A DNA stretch of 64,000 bases from Octopus vulgaris (GCA_951406725.2 OX597815.1:108190001-108254000), one strand, 5' to 3'; shown: positions 1-13,099, counted from the first letter of the stretch. Translations and numbers: made by a program. The notes: a model not told the origin generated them from the sequence alone.

Positions 1-856
1 CATCCCCTTGTGTTCTGTCTTTGACCAGCCTAACTCTGGCCTTTCTCATTCTCTCTCTTTCTTTCTCTCTCTCTCTCTCTCTCTGTTTTGATAACCACTT
101 GTTTCTCCTAACACTTACCTCTGTTCTCCCCCACTCCAACCCATCCTATATAAACTAGCTCATTCAGATTCCCCTATCTCATTTTAAAACCTCCCCAAAA
201 GGAGTAGAAAATCAGATGTTCAGATAAGCAATCTTGTTTTTCAACTTAGTTTATCTAAACCTCTCCTTTTTCAGCGCAGATCAAAATTACCTTATTAGTT
301 CATTTCATTATTCTATTTATTTCATTATCTATGTAAACACAGTTTTGTCTTCCATGCTGTATGTTTAAAAGAAAAAAAACTTAAGATCCCTTCGCTCAAT
401 CCAACTCTCCCTCTTTCTCCCACCCTTTCATGCTCATTTATTATCGTCCCTTATTCATTCATTTATCCAATTTTGTCACAGATTGGCTTACCGAAAGTTC
501 TTGGTTAGAGCTCTAGTTAAGAATTTCAAATACCCGATTCTATCTCATTATTATCATAATATTCTTTTACACCGGCAGCCCGAGTTTTTGCTGTAGCACA
601 GTGCGCCCGCCCTCCCAACCCCCACCACCTGTACCTCTATTGGATGTCTCTCTTATGAACACCTCTAAAGGCTTAATGCTTCCCTATCCCTACTTAGGGT
701 TTATCTCCTATGTAGTGTAGTGATTATGCAGCACATAAAAGTGATGGTGTAGTGTATGCAGGTTGAAGGCTATTGTACGTTCATGAGTTCTGCCAAATAC
801 GAGCTTTCTTTTCAGGTATATGATGCTGCTGTCCCCCATCCCAGGGTCTCATGGGT

Positions 857-2250
857 TCACACCTCCCACACCCTCAGGGTTGGCACACTTAATGTAGGCA
901 CACTGAAAGGTAGGTCTTGTGAGATTGTTGAGATACTTGAACAAAGACATGTAGATTTGTACTGCATCCAAGAAGTAAGGTGTAGATATGTTTCTGCTAG
1001 GTTCCTCACAGGCAAAGAACATAGGTATAAGATTTTCTGGGCAGGGAACACTGACGAGGTCAGGGGTGTGAGTATACTTCTTGCAGGGAAATGGGTTAAG
1101 GTAATGGAGGTAGTCAGAGTCTGTGATAGAATACTTAAGATTAGATTAGTGTTGCAACAGGGGTTAGCAACCATTATCTTGGCCTATGCCACTCAGCTGG
1201 GACTACCTGATGGACAGAGCGACTGATTTTATGACACCCTCTTGTTGACAACCTTGTTGATGAATGACAGGGACCTTCTCTTTGTGGCTGGCGACTTCAA
1301 TGGGCATGTTGGACAACATGCAGGGGCTTCCATAGTATACATGGTGGCTATGGTTTTGGTTCCAGCAATGAGGAGAAAACCAGGCTGCTGGAGTCCTGCA
1401 ATGCAAATGATCTTGAGGTTTGTAATACTAACTTCAGGAAACCTGCCAGTAACCTATTCACTTACTGATCTGGTAGACACACTAGTCAAATTGACTACAT
1501 CCTCGCCAGGAAACTGGAAAGATGGCTACTTATAAATAGCAAGACCTTCCCAGGTGAAGGATGCACCCCACAACATAGATTAGTAGTTAGCAACTTCAGG
1601 ATCAGGGCTAAATGGATGCCCAGAAGATGACCAGCATGGAGAAGAAGGGTCTGGAAGCTTAAGGATTCTGTGAATAGACCAAGATTTGGAAATGTATTAC
1701 TCAAATTTTTTGATGAAAGAGAAGGGGGATATAGCATCACATGATGTGGAAGACAACTAGAGGTTTCTACAGGACAACCAGTTGAGGGCTACTGACCAGA
1801 TCTGTGGATGGCACAAAATACTCTCTTGACTCAAGGTAATGTGGTGGTGAAACAATGTAGTTGACAGGGCCATTGGAGAAAAGAAACAGGATTGAAAGGA
1901 CCGGAAGAACGGTGGTAGCAGGGAATTGTATCAGACTGCCAGAAGGGAAGCTAGGAGACAGGTTTATTTAAGCAGAGGGGAAGCTGATAAGACAAAATTT
2001 GCCAATGTTCTGTGTCGTAAGGAACAAAGACTTGAGGTGTTTTGTGTTGCAAGACAGTGAGTGAGAAAGAATTGTGATGTCATTGGAGAGAAATGTGTCT
2101 GCATGGATGACGGCTCACTTGCATTTAATGAGGCTGCAAGGAGAGAGACTTGGAGACGTCACTATGAAAGGTTGCTAAATGAAGAGAATGAATGGGAGAA
2201 AGAGAGTCTGCCAAATGTCAACCCAACAGAGGGACCAGCTATCCGAATTG
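857..2250 (+). mobile_element. Degenerate RTE-clade LINE, N-terminal APE endonuclease region and linker
   Basis: TLRVGTLNVGTLKGR..EIVE..VDLYCIQEVR, AGDFNGHVG, later IDYILARK-like and WRRHYERLLNEEN motifs, broken by stops and frameshifts. The RT domain is missing. Confidence 0.9.
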
Positions 2251-2500
2251 ATATATATATGTGTGTGTGTATACATATAGATACATATATATACATGTGT
2301 ATATATATATATATATATATATATGCGTATATATATCTCTCTTTCACTCTCCCTATAAATATGTAATTTTCTCTCTTTCTCTCTCTCTCTCTCTTTATAT
2401 ATATATATTGATAGATAGATAGATAGATAGATGTACACATGTGCCTAGATGTGTACATACACACATATATACGTTTATTTATAGATACACCTACCCATGC
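2251..2500 (+). repeat. Local duplicate of 4039-4400 (microsatellite-rich segment)
   Basis: Shares unique anchors ctccctataaatatgtaattttctctc and gatgtacacatgtgcctagatgtgtacatacacac...atagatacacctacccatgc with 4039-4400. Confidence 0.9.
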
Positions 2501-2606
2501 CAGATCAGATTGGAGCCTGGTGCAGCCTTCTGGCTCGCCAGCCCTCAGTCAAACCATCCAACCCATGCCAACATAGAAAGTGGATGTTAGACGATGATGA
2601 TGATGA
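2501..2606 (+). mobile_element. RTE 3' tail ending in (GAT)n
   Basis: cagatcagattggagcctggtgcagcc...ccaacccatgcc...gatgatgatga, matching the tails at 39700-39817 and 59545-59655. Confidence 0.85.
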
Positions 2607-3104
2607 TTTTCTGAATCACTTTCGCTCACACCAGACGTGCACACACCATCACTTGTAGATGAGATTGTTGATTCACAAGCACTCGTGGACAGACTTATAA
2701 ATTTCTTTTTAAAAATCAAGTCCAAAGTGTGATGGCTTTTCATTTCTTTTTGTTCCCATCGGTGTCCATCATACACTTTCATTTAGGCATATTGGGTTGG
2801 TTTAAAAATTACTGAAAATAATAGTGTAAATACACGTATACAATATAAAATATGCAACATAAAAAATTAGTTTATAATAATCTCTCTCAACAAAGCGCAT
2901 GTGCAAACTAAGACATTCAAATTTTATGCTGTCATTTTACTGTTACTGTATGCAGCTGTGCAAACACATTAGAAGCAGTGTTGTCACATGTTGCAATGTT
3001 GCCACCCACAAAAATAGTTACTTAACCTTTTATATTTATTACAAAATAAAACTCATAAACCTGGGGTCTTGTAAAATGGGTCCTTGTAAAGTGAGGTATG
3101 TATG
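2607..3104 (-). mobile_element. Internally deleted Tigger/pogo-like DNA transposon (one end visible)
   Basis: Minus strand starts with a TIR-like catacatacctcactttac. An ATG at 2790 gives MPK*KCMMDTDGNKKK*KAITL (pogo/Tigger-type N-terminus, TGA probably from CGA), which jumps directly to a C-terminal-like TLDLIFKKK..STS. Confidence 0.6.
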
Positions 3105-3286
3105 TTTCAGAATGAAATGTTAGCTGATTATAGAGCAATAATAAGGAAGAGAAATTACAAAAGAGTGAAGATAATCATTCATTACTTTGTCCTCTCTCAT
3201 TCTTATAACTATCTACCTACCTACCAACTTACACACAAACATACATACATACATACATACATACATACATACATACATACATACAT

Positions 3287-3317
<31 letters not shown>

Positions 3318-4082
3318 TATATATATACACAGCATAAATTATTACATTATTTTGGTTTTCCTATTGCATAACATCCATATTACATATGTTATATACACAC
3401 ATACATCAGCCACATAGTTTTAACATATACATTATTTGTCTGGTGACATTTTGGCTTTCACTTAGAAATCCATTCCTAAAGTGAAGAAATTTTTGAATAT
3501 CATGAAGTACAAGATGAAGTTTGAAGCAGAAGAGATAGTGGGAAAGGAAAAAAAAATCTTCAATGAAACAGGAGGAATTTCTTATGTATTAAATGGCAGG
3601 AAAAATAAGAAATTATAATGTGAGGCTTGGCTGATAGAAATTAGTTGTAAAGATTGGTTCAACGATCAGGCTGGCATACTTATTGTCAGAAATTGGAAGA
3701 CAAAAAAAAAGGGTATAAAAGAAAAGAAGATTGAAAGGAAGGAAAGAAGAGATAAATCAATATTGTGAGTGTTGCAGTGCTACAACAATGGACGAGTTGT
3801 TACATGGAGATTTTCAGTTTCTCTTGCAAAGAGCTTCAAGGAATTTGCATCAGAATTGGTTGAAGAAGAATTTCGATTGGCAGAATATTGGATATGAGAG
3901 GTGGGGTATTACATATAAAATAGACAGAAGCAAACGGATGTGCTTTGTGTATATAAGTATACGTGTGTGCATGCATGCGAACATATATATATATACATAT
4001 ACATACATATGTGTATGTTTGTATGTCTGTATGTATGTATATATATATGTGTGTGTGTATACATATACATACATATATATAC

Positions 4083-4114
<32 letters not shown>

Positions 4115-4164
4115 GCGTATATATATATATATATATATCTTTCTCTCTCCCTATAAATATGTAA

Positions 4165-4200
<36 letters not shown>

Positions 4201-4253
4201 TTATATATATATATTGATAGATAGAATGGACATTAAATGATGATGATGATGAT

Positions 4254-4284
<31 letters not shown>

Positions 4285-4285
4285 T

Positions 4286-4319
<34 letters not shown>

Positions 4320-4754
4320 CAGATAGATAGATGTACACATGTGCCTAGATGTGTACATACACACATATATACATTTATTTATAGATACACCTACCCATGC
4401 ACATACATACATGCATACATACATACATATGTGTGTGTGTGAGTATGTATGTATTGAGAATGCAAGTAAAATGGACAAATATGATGATTGTATGAACCAG
4501 AATTCTGCTTCTCAGAATAATTCCGGTCAATCAACAGCACCACCAACAACTTAAGCAGCTAGTGGAAAAGACAAAAAAAAAAAAAAATCATAGTCACAAC
4601 TTATTGTAGGATTTCTTCAACATATTTCTTTCTGAAAGTGTTTCACAAATACATTCAGGAAATTTTGTATTATTTAAGTAGAGGTTGTGGTAAAGTCCAT
4701 AGATATTTTGGCTTCTCTTAGATTAACAAATTGAAAACTAACTAAATAATGTTC

Positions 4755-4942
4755 TTTTCTAATCTAGGCACAAGGCCCGAAATTTTTTTGGTGGGGGCAA
4801 TCGATTAGATTGACTCCAGTACACAACTGGTACATATTTCATTGACCCTGAAAGGCAAAGTTGACCTCGGTGGAATTTGACAGACGAAATACCGCTAAGC
4901 ATTTTGCCTGGCATGCTAACATTTCTGCCAGCTTGCTGCCTT
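4755..4942 (-). mobile_element. SINE family A (tRNA-like head; gcctttcatcctttcggggtcgataaattaagtacc core)
   Basis: Matches the many other copies; 18-bp TSD actaactaaataatgttc at 4737-4754 and 4943-4960. Confidence 0.85.
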
Positions 4943-5040
4943 ACTAACTAAATAATGTTCAACTTGAACTAATGTAGGTTAGTTCAAGCCAGAAGGAAAT
5001 GTGAACAAGAGAGGACTTTTAGAGTTTTCTAATGTTATTC

Positions 5041-5180
5041 TTCCTTTTATTCTTTTACCTGTTTCAGTCATTTGACTGCAACCATGCTGGAGCACCACTT
5101 TCAATTTTTAGTCAAATAACTCAACCCAGTACATTTTGTTTTTTTTGAAGCCTAGTACTTATTCTATCAGTCTCTTTTGA
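5041..5180 (-). mobile_element. SINE family B, 3' portion
   Basis: Reverse complement of gatagaataagtactagg...ggtgctccagcatgg..gcagtcaaatgactgaaac. Confidence 0.7.
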
Positions 5181-5750
5181 TGAATACACACATGCACATA
5201 CACACATATATACACACTAATAGTTAATAGGGGAGCAAGCAGGGATGGGGGGTGACCATTACTCCTTAGCACATTTTTCAAAATTGGCACCTTTGCAACA
5301 ATTATTTCTAACACTTTAGTTTACTGATGCAATAAAAGTTGAATCTCTCTTCCTTTTTGGTTAATTGCTTGGCCTTGGAAGAACTTTCAAGAGTTATTAT
5401 TTGACCAACTACCCGTGTTTTTGAACTCAATCTTCTGTGATACTACTGACATCTTAAGAACCAAATCAAACCCTGATATCATAACCTCTCAACACAGGAC
5501 AATCCCATGGAGTTTCATCTTGTTCATGCCACATCTATATCAGTAGCTGTAAGTTTCATACATAATGACATTGTTAGTGAAACATAAAATTAATGAATGT
5601 AGAAATTAATGACATATACTATAACTAATGAAATATTTCATGTAATATAAGGAAAATGAGTTAAAAATTGTTTGGTATGTGTCATGGCCTCTTTTTTATG
5701 AGCTTGCTCCCATAACTTTAGATCCTGGCTATGCCTCTGTATATACATAC

Positions 5751-5911
5751 ACCATCAACATATAATGTCCGCTTTCCATGATGGTTATGGGTTGGACAGT
5801 TTGACAGGAACTGGCAAAGCCAGGGGCTGCACCAGGTCCCACAGTCTGTTTTAACTTGATTTTTATGGCTTGATGCCCTTCCTAATGCAAAACCATTTTT
5901 ACAGAGTGTAC
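5751..5911 (-). mobile_element. RTE 3' tail fragment
   Basis: Reverse complement of taggaagggcatc...ctggtgcagcc...ctgtccaaccc...ggaaagcggac. Confidence 0.75.
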
Positions 5912-6033
5912 ATAGCTAAATTGCTTGTTTGTGTGAAGGAGTACCTGCAGTCCTTGATCAGTTTCTCTGGTTGAGACTTGGGTTAAAGCAAAACCAAAAC
6001 ATAACATAATAATAACAACAACAACAACAATAA

Positions 6034-6485
6034 TTCTTTCTGTTAAATGCACAAGGCCTGAAATTTCAGGGGAAGGAGCTAGTCAATTATATTGACCCTA
6101 GTGCTTAACTGGTTCTTATTTCATCAACCTTATAAGAATGAAAGGCAAAGTTGACCTTGATAGAATTAGAACTCAAATTTAATTGAAGTTGAAATAAAAG
6201 TTGTTGGGCATTTAATCCAGCATGCTAATGATTCTGCTAGCTTGTTGCCTTAATAATAATAATAATAATAATCCTTTCTATTATAGGCACAAGGTCTGAA
6301 ATTTTGGGGGAGGGGGCCAGTCGATTGGATCGACCTCAGTATGCAGCTGGTACTTAATTTATTGACCTCGAAAAGATGAAAGGCAAAGTTGACTTCGGCA
6401 GAATTTGAACTCAGAATATAATGACAGACAAAATACTGCTAAGCATTTTGCTCGGCATGTTAATGATTCTGCCAGCTTGCCACCT
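6034..6485 (-). mobile_element. Two tandem SINE A copies (6034-6250, 6271-6485) separated by (TAA)n
   Basis: Both contain gaaaggcaaagttgac...gaa(t)ttgaactca...catg(c)taatgattctgc. Confidence 0.85.
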
Positions 6486-7496
6486 TCTTAATAATGATAA
6501 TAATGATAACAAAATAACAGCAACAACAACAATAATAATAATTGATATGTTTATTTTATTGACCCACAAAAGAACGAAAGGATGATAATATAATTTTTAC
6601 TTTCATTCAGTGCTGCAAATTCTTTGGAAAAGTTGTAGTTAATTCATTAAATTCTTGTATATTACTGGTACTTATTTTGTCAACACAGAAATGTAAAGTT
6701 AATCCAATCAGATTTGAAGAATTTTCTACATCTAATTGGAAATTTACAATTGGAAATTTACAGTGTGTGTTGTATGAAGATTTTAGCTGTGTTTATGGAG
6801 TATATCTGTATCTTGATTCTATTGAAGAAGGTTTCTCAAAAGTAGTGTTTTTTATCAGTTAATCTCAAGAGAATTAACATGCATTCCATTTTTTCTGTCC
6901 CTCTTATGCTTAGTAACAGAGATAATTAAATGAAATCTATGTAATTGATGTTCAGTTTGAGCAGTTGTATGCTAATCACTTAATGGATATCATGAACAGG
7001 AGAGTACAAAGTTTTGGAGGAGAATTAGGAAGACCAATAATTTCCACATTGTCACATCATCTAAAATGTTATTTTCTTTTGCTCTCCTTATTACATTATC
7101 TATTTCTAATTTGAATTAAAGCATTGGTGCATCTGTTGCCTTTGCCTTTTTTTTTTTTTTTTTTTTTTTTGGGGTTTACTTAAGCATTGCTCAACAATGT
7201 TTTTTTCTCCTTGATATAAGCATAGTTTTAATAAATAAACATTATGTTTGCTATATAAAGTATGAATAGTGAAGTATGTTAGTATATACCTGACTATATG
7301 TTATATCTTATTACTTCACTGAAATGTATAAGAGTGCTCTAATTCAATATGGTATTGCTCTACAGTTATTAGGCACTTCCCCATTAATTCAGATCTCTTC
7401 TAGGCAATAATCTATGCATTTTTACATATATTCTCTAAACCTTACTAATCCAGCTAATTAAAAAGCAGAACTCCTTATGATAGTAAATGTTGATAA

Positions 7497-7640
7497 TGAC
7501 CATGTAGTTAAGCACTTTGCTTTGCAATCATGTGTTTCTATGTTTGATCCTACTGCACGACATCTTGTACAGATGTCTTCTACCATTACAGTAAATTGTC
7601 CAAGCCTTTTTGGTTTGACAGGAACTGTGTGAAAACCCAG
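7497..7640 (+). mobile_element. Degenerate SINE B 5' portion
   Basis: tttgctttgcaatcatgtg...atgtcttctaccattacag...aagcctttttggtttgacaggaactg, a diverged match to 28974-29130. Confidence 0.5.
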
Positions 7641-8649
7641 TAAATGAACCATACATTTTTTTATACATGATAAACTTAATCTGCTATCCAATTTCGCACA
7701 ACTTGGTCCATGGATTCCATTCACAGGTCCATATCTGTTCTAAGCATTCAGGATCCGCTTTTGATCAGAGAACAACCTCTTTCTTTTCACCAGTCTCAGA
7801 ACTGCCACAAAATGTCATGGACTCTACTATTTTTCGTCTGTCTCATCCAGATAAAAGTTTTTCAATATCAGAGCTTTGAGCAGAATAAATTACTACAATG
7901 TTTGTTTGGAATTATTCCTGAAGACATCACTACGGTAGATTAGATGTCTAAATGTTATTCCTGAAGTGACAACACCACTATTATACACTAAGCAACTAGA
8001 AAAATAAGCAAATATAGAATTAAATCAAATTATAGGGTAAAATAATTAATGGTGAATAATATTGGATTTACATTAGTTTAGTTTCTCAGTAGCTTGCATA
8101 CTTAGATTAAATCAAGCAAGCAGCTTAAAGGCCTTGGGGAGGGGAAGCATCCTTCATTTCACGTATCTCAGTTCATCTAGCTATTGGTAAAATAGGTCAG
8201 ATCATGTAGAAGTCATGTTTTTGGTTGACTGGCACCTTAAGGAGGAGGTGTATTTCCCATCAATAAATACTATGAAATCTCAAACCGAACCACAAGTTTA
8301 TCAACCCCCTCAAGGCCTTGGAAATGCTTCATTTTCTTAGGTTAATATTACTAATTCAGCACTTCAAGGACTAAGAAAACATTTATAAAAATGCTGCTGC
8401 TGCTGCTGTTGTGGCTGCTGGTTTATATATTATCAATCAATAAATTGCTACTCTTGCATTAATAGTGTAATATCTACATCTAGCTATCTGTCTGTCTGTC
8501 TGTCCATCAGTCAGTCAATCTGTCTGTCTCTGATGGTCTATCTATAAATGTAATATATGTTTTCTTCCTCCATCCTTCTCTAATTCCCTTCTTCTCCATT
8601 TTATATCTGTCTCTCTCTCTCCCTCTCTTTCTCTTTTTCTCTCTCTCTC

Positions 8650-9130
8650 TCGTTGCTCACACATGACCATCGTCCATCTTTTCCTCACGTGACAATCTTT
8701 CTTTACCTGCACGGACGTTCAAAGGACTGGACGTTTTCTTTCTCTCTTCTATCTTTTTCCTTTTCAAAGAAAATATTTCTCCTAGCATTCATTATTTTCC
8801 TCGTGTTCTGGTTTAATGACCCTCCATGTTTGTTTGCACTCAGTTTCCTTGTATGTCTCTACTGTCCTGTTTTTGTTCCCACCTTTGACCCTCCATAAAT
8901 CCTAAATTTTATTTTGTAATTTATGGGAGCAACTATCTTTGAAGACTCATGTTGTCGTTAAATCCTCGAAATGAGAAGTAGATTGACAGTTGGCAACTGA
9001 TGAAGGGTAATTCTCTATGTTTACCTGTCCAGTTATCCATTTTTTCACTCATTATTTGCGTATTTAACTCGTTTTTTTTCGTATTTCATGTTGTTTACAT
9101 AGTTGGTGACGTCCTGTACCATATATGCAT
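8650..9130 (+). mobile_element. Unclassified ~480-bp interspersed repeat (possibly Penelope-like terminal repeat)
   Basis: Colinear with 35640-36115: cac(a/g)tgacca; tactgtcctgtt; aaattttattt; g(g/a)gcaact-like; caactgaNgaaggg; gtc(c/t)tgtacc. Confidence 0.55.
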
Positions 9131-9737
9131 ATATATGTGTGTGTGTGTGTGTGCATGTGTGTGTGTATGCATATACTTAGGTTCTTTTCTATTTTTAATT
9201 ATTTGAATCTTTCTGTAAGGATGGAGTTAGTTTCTGACAAAGGTTCAAAGCTCCATCGTTGCAATGCAGATAACAAAACTATATCAAATACTGAACTTGA
9301 GAAAAGTCTTACTGTTCTATATACAGACTGTATATAGGTAATATGCATGTCAGCTGGTCAATTTTTTTGCTTCTGAAAGCCCTGGATTGTCACTGAGGAG
9401 TTTACTCACAAAATAAAGATCATACATTAGTTTGATATAAAAGTGAATTTAGAATCTGTGTACAGAAACTGAAGATTTTGAAGTAGCTGTCTGTAGTTAT
9501 CTTCTTTCTCTTTGATTTTTGAAAACATATTCACATACTTTTCCTTGTCAGTCCCAAGCAACTATATCTGGTTTATTATGCTTCCACTTAGGAGAAGCTT
9601 GATGGGAATATTCCACCAATATTACTTGTGTTGATGTTTATGTATGTGTTCAACAACAGGTGTGTGTGTGTGTGTATGTGAGTGTGTTTCTCTATATCTC
9701 TCCCAAGACAGTCTCTTTTCAGATGGCTTTGTATATT

Positions 9738-9939
9738 CTTTTCTACTCTAGGCACAAAACCCAAAATTTTGGGGGAGGGAGCCAGTTGATTAGATCGACT
9801 CCAGTATGCAATTACTACTTAATTTGTCAACTCCGAAAGAATGAAAGGCAAAGTCAACCTCAGCAGAATTTGAACTCAGAATGTAAAGACAGACGAAATA
9901 CCGGTAAGCATTTCACCCAGCATGCTTGCCACCTTGATA
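9738..9939 (-). mobile_element. SINE family A
   Basis: Family match; 12-bp TSD gctttgtatatt. Confidence 0.85.
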
Positions 9940-10240
9940 GCTTTGTATATTGTTTTAGTGAGAACATCGTGTTGCATTCAAAGATAGTACTTTGCTGACA
10001 CCTTTCAGCATCTGCTATTCACATATGTGATACCTTCCACAGAAATGAGACATAATTGACTGTTTCGGTTACAAACTGGGGCTCCAAGAGTTCACTGTCT
10101 CTTTCATTTATTAGGTATTTTGTAGTAATCTCCTGCTCTTGAGTTGCAAAATGCTTGACCTTCGAAGTGTCACATACTGCAGAGGTCACAAGATAGGATG
10201 CCCTGCATGTTGATGTTAGTGTCATCTTCAAGACAGTCTG

Positions 10241-11130
10241 TTGGCAGTAATGTTAGCACTGTGGACAAAAAGCTTACTAAAACTTCATCTGTCTTTATAT
10301 TCTGAGTTCAAATTCTACTAATGCTGACTTCTTTCATCCTTTTGGGGTTGATGAAATAAGTACCAACTAAGCCAGAAGTCAGTGAACAGGGGTAAATTAC
10401 TCCTAGTGGGTTAAAAATTAAATGCATGGGGGCAATGAGGACTCATTAGATATATGTAAAATTATATAAAAAGCCTGTTCCTTTTTATGACAGAAATTTT
10501 TCTTCTGGCAACACTGCATCTGTCAAATGTAATTAATGGACATTTTTTAGGAAACATCACGCTATTTTGAACTACAAACAATTTAGTTGCTAAGGTGTTG
10601 CCAAGTGACTAAACCGATATTATTTGTCAATTGTCTATTATCTGCCTTAACCTTATTTTTTGACACACGTTTTTGCTTTGTTTAGATTTTAGTAGTTTTT
10701 CAATTTATCTCTTTAATGAAATCAATTGAATCTCGAAGACTGTATTCAAATTATTCTGACATCAAAATGCTCTGATTTTGGTGTAATTGTAACAAAAATG
10801 AAACATCATTTCTCCAAAACCTGAAGTGAAAATGTTTCTAGAAAAAATCTTTTTGTTTCATAATGAAGATATTAATTTATTTATCGCATTTGTTTTAAAC
10901 TTTTTATATTTATATTTATTCTATATATAAATAGTTTCAATAAAACTTTTGAATTAAAAAAATCTATGACTTCCTTCCTTTCAAATCAAGGGTGTAACAT
11001 CAGTGTAAATAAATATATTTTGGAGTAACTGATTAAAAAAGTTCCCTGACCCCTGAATTAAGCACTGGGGTTGATGTAATTGATTAGCTGCTACCCCTAA
11101 AATTTCAGGTCTTGTGTCCATAGTAGAGAA
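10241..11130 (+). mobile_element. SINE family A split by a hAT MITE
   Basis: The 5' half (10241-10372) ends at ...aataagtacca; the 3' half resumes gcactggggttgatgtaattga at ~11061. Confidence 0.75.
10373..11055. mobile_element. Non-autonomous hAT-type element (683 bp)
   Basis: TIRs cagaagtcagtgaac and gttccctgacccctg; 8-bp TSD aactaagc / aattaagc. Confidence 0.75.
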
Positions 11131-11994
11131 GATATTATTATCATTTTCAAGTTTTTGGAAACATACTCATACATAATCTTTGTTTTTGCCTGTTGAGTAT
11201 TACACATTCAGGTCTTCTTTAGGGTATGTTAGTCTAACTGTTTTTGCTCCTGTTGTGTAGCAGGTGCTGTCTTGAGAGATAGTTTATGACATCCAAAGGC
11301 TGTCTCCACTGATATCAAATCTCTAACTCTTTCATCTCTTTTTAGACAGAGACTGTTGATTTCATTATTTCCATGGAAGTTTCCATTTGATGTTAGGATT
11401 TTGTAGGTTTAAATGTCTATGGAGTGGATTTTCTTTGTAGACTAGTCAAGTATCTCAAATCAACACTGATAATATAAATGTATCATGGGATATTGTCTTG
11501 TTGCAAGAGGAGAGTTCCAACTACCATATTTTTCCAATCCTGGCATGATATTCTTTAGTCACTCTATCTTTGGTCACAATACATTATTCTTTGTGTGGAA
11601 CAGAAGTGAAACCATTGATGCACAAGTTTTAAGCTTAAGGGACACATTTTCCATGTTCAGCAATCAAATACTGTTGCTTTTTTTGACCAAATTCCATTCT
11701 TATGTCAGTTGAAAGTTGTATTGACTCCAGCAGCTTTTTGGCACCACAACCATTTTTTGGTATAGACCTTCAGATCATCCACAAAGAAATTATGAGTTAC
11801 ATTTGTGTATCAAGTAGTTGTAGGAACTAGCATGTAGTCATTGGATTTTTGTAAAAAGATTGACAATGCTAAAATAAACAGAATTACAGAAAGACCATCT
11901 TGAAATATTCTCTTTGGAATATTCATAACATCAGAGACACCTGCCCTTAGTTACAAGCGTGAGGATTGTAGCCTAAATTTTTGTGAGCCTCTCA

Positions 11995-12072
11995 GTGCCA
12001 TGCAGTAGAACTGAACCTGGAACCATGTAAGTTGGGAAGCAAACTTCTTAACACACAACCACTCCTGAACCT
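11995..12072 (-). mobile_element. SINE B head fragment
   Basis: Reverse complement of caggagtggttgtgtgttaagaagtttgcttcccaac...ggttcagttctactgcatggcac. Confidence 0.7.
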
Positions 12073-12104
12073 GTAAAATAATCTATTTTGAATGGATAGA
12101 TGGG

Positions 12105-12440
<336 letters not shown>

Positions 12441-13099
12441 GCAGATATAAGGATAAATGGTTAGGATATAACCCAACAAACACAAACCATGAAACAAGAA
12501 TTCTAGACTGCTAAGTAAGAGAGTGCTATTCAGTAATGAATGGTTTGGATGGCAAAATAAAAGTGGTGAAAGAAAAAAAAAGACAAGATGACTGGTGAGA
12601 GATGTGACAATAAAGTCTGATGAAGATGCTGAAATACTATGGAATTTCAACAAGGTTATTTATGACTAAAGATTTTAAATATATATTACTCAGCAGTACA
12701 GAAGCAAATCTTATATATTTAATTGAAACACTCATTAATATATAATTAAGTGAGAGAATAAAAAATTGGAAGAGCTTGAACATATAATCCTTGATTATCA
12801 TCCAAGTACTTTAATAATTTAGTAGCTAACTCAATTTCCTTAAATGCGGAAGTAATTTGTAAGAAGTGTTGTACCTTTATGAGTGAGTACATTATTGAGG
12901 AATTGCTCAAGGGATGTTCATGTCTTGCCCATTGGTTTCTAATAGAATAATCATTAGTTCACAGCATTTTTGATAGTATGATTAACAACAGAGTGTTGGT
13001 AAATTGGTGCATGGACTTTAATGTTGCAAAGGACTTCCTTTGAAGAACACTAGTTTTGCACTCGTGCAAACTTTCAGAGAAGATGCACACACACACACA

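Noticed and set aside
3102-4554. Many 60-160 aa ORFs rich in YI/HT/CV/LS here and throughout the window
   Set aside because: Translations of (TA)n, (CA)n, (TACA)n, (GATA)n and (TAA)n microsatellites, not genes.
5217-5740. Possible MITE ending cctggctatgcctctg
   Set aside because: No matching left TIR or TSD could be identified.
9220-9337. Exon-like segment (taag|GATGGAG...tatag|gtaata; MELVSDKGSKLHRC...)
   Set aside because: The only open frame ends in TAG at the donor. It loosely resembles a decayed pogo CENP-B region, but neither call is supportable.
11140-11960. Possible ancient LINE remnant (similar hints at 7660-7980, 12480-12660, 18060-18930 and 25900-26800)
   Set aside because: Only scattered motif hints; too decayed to classify by eye.
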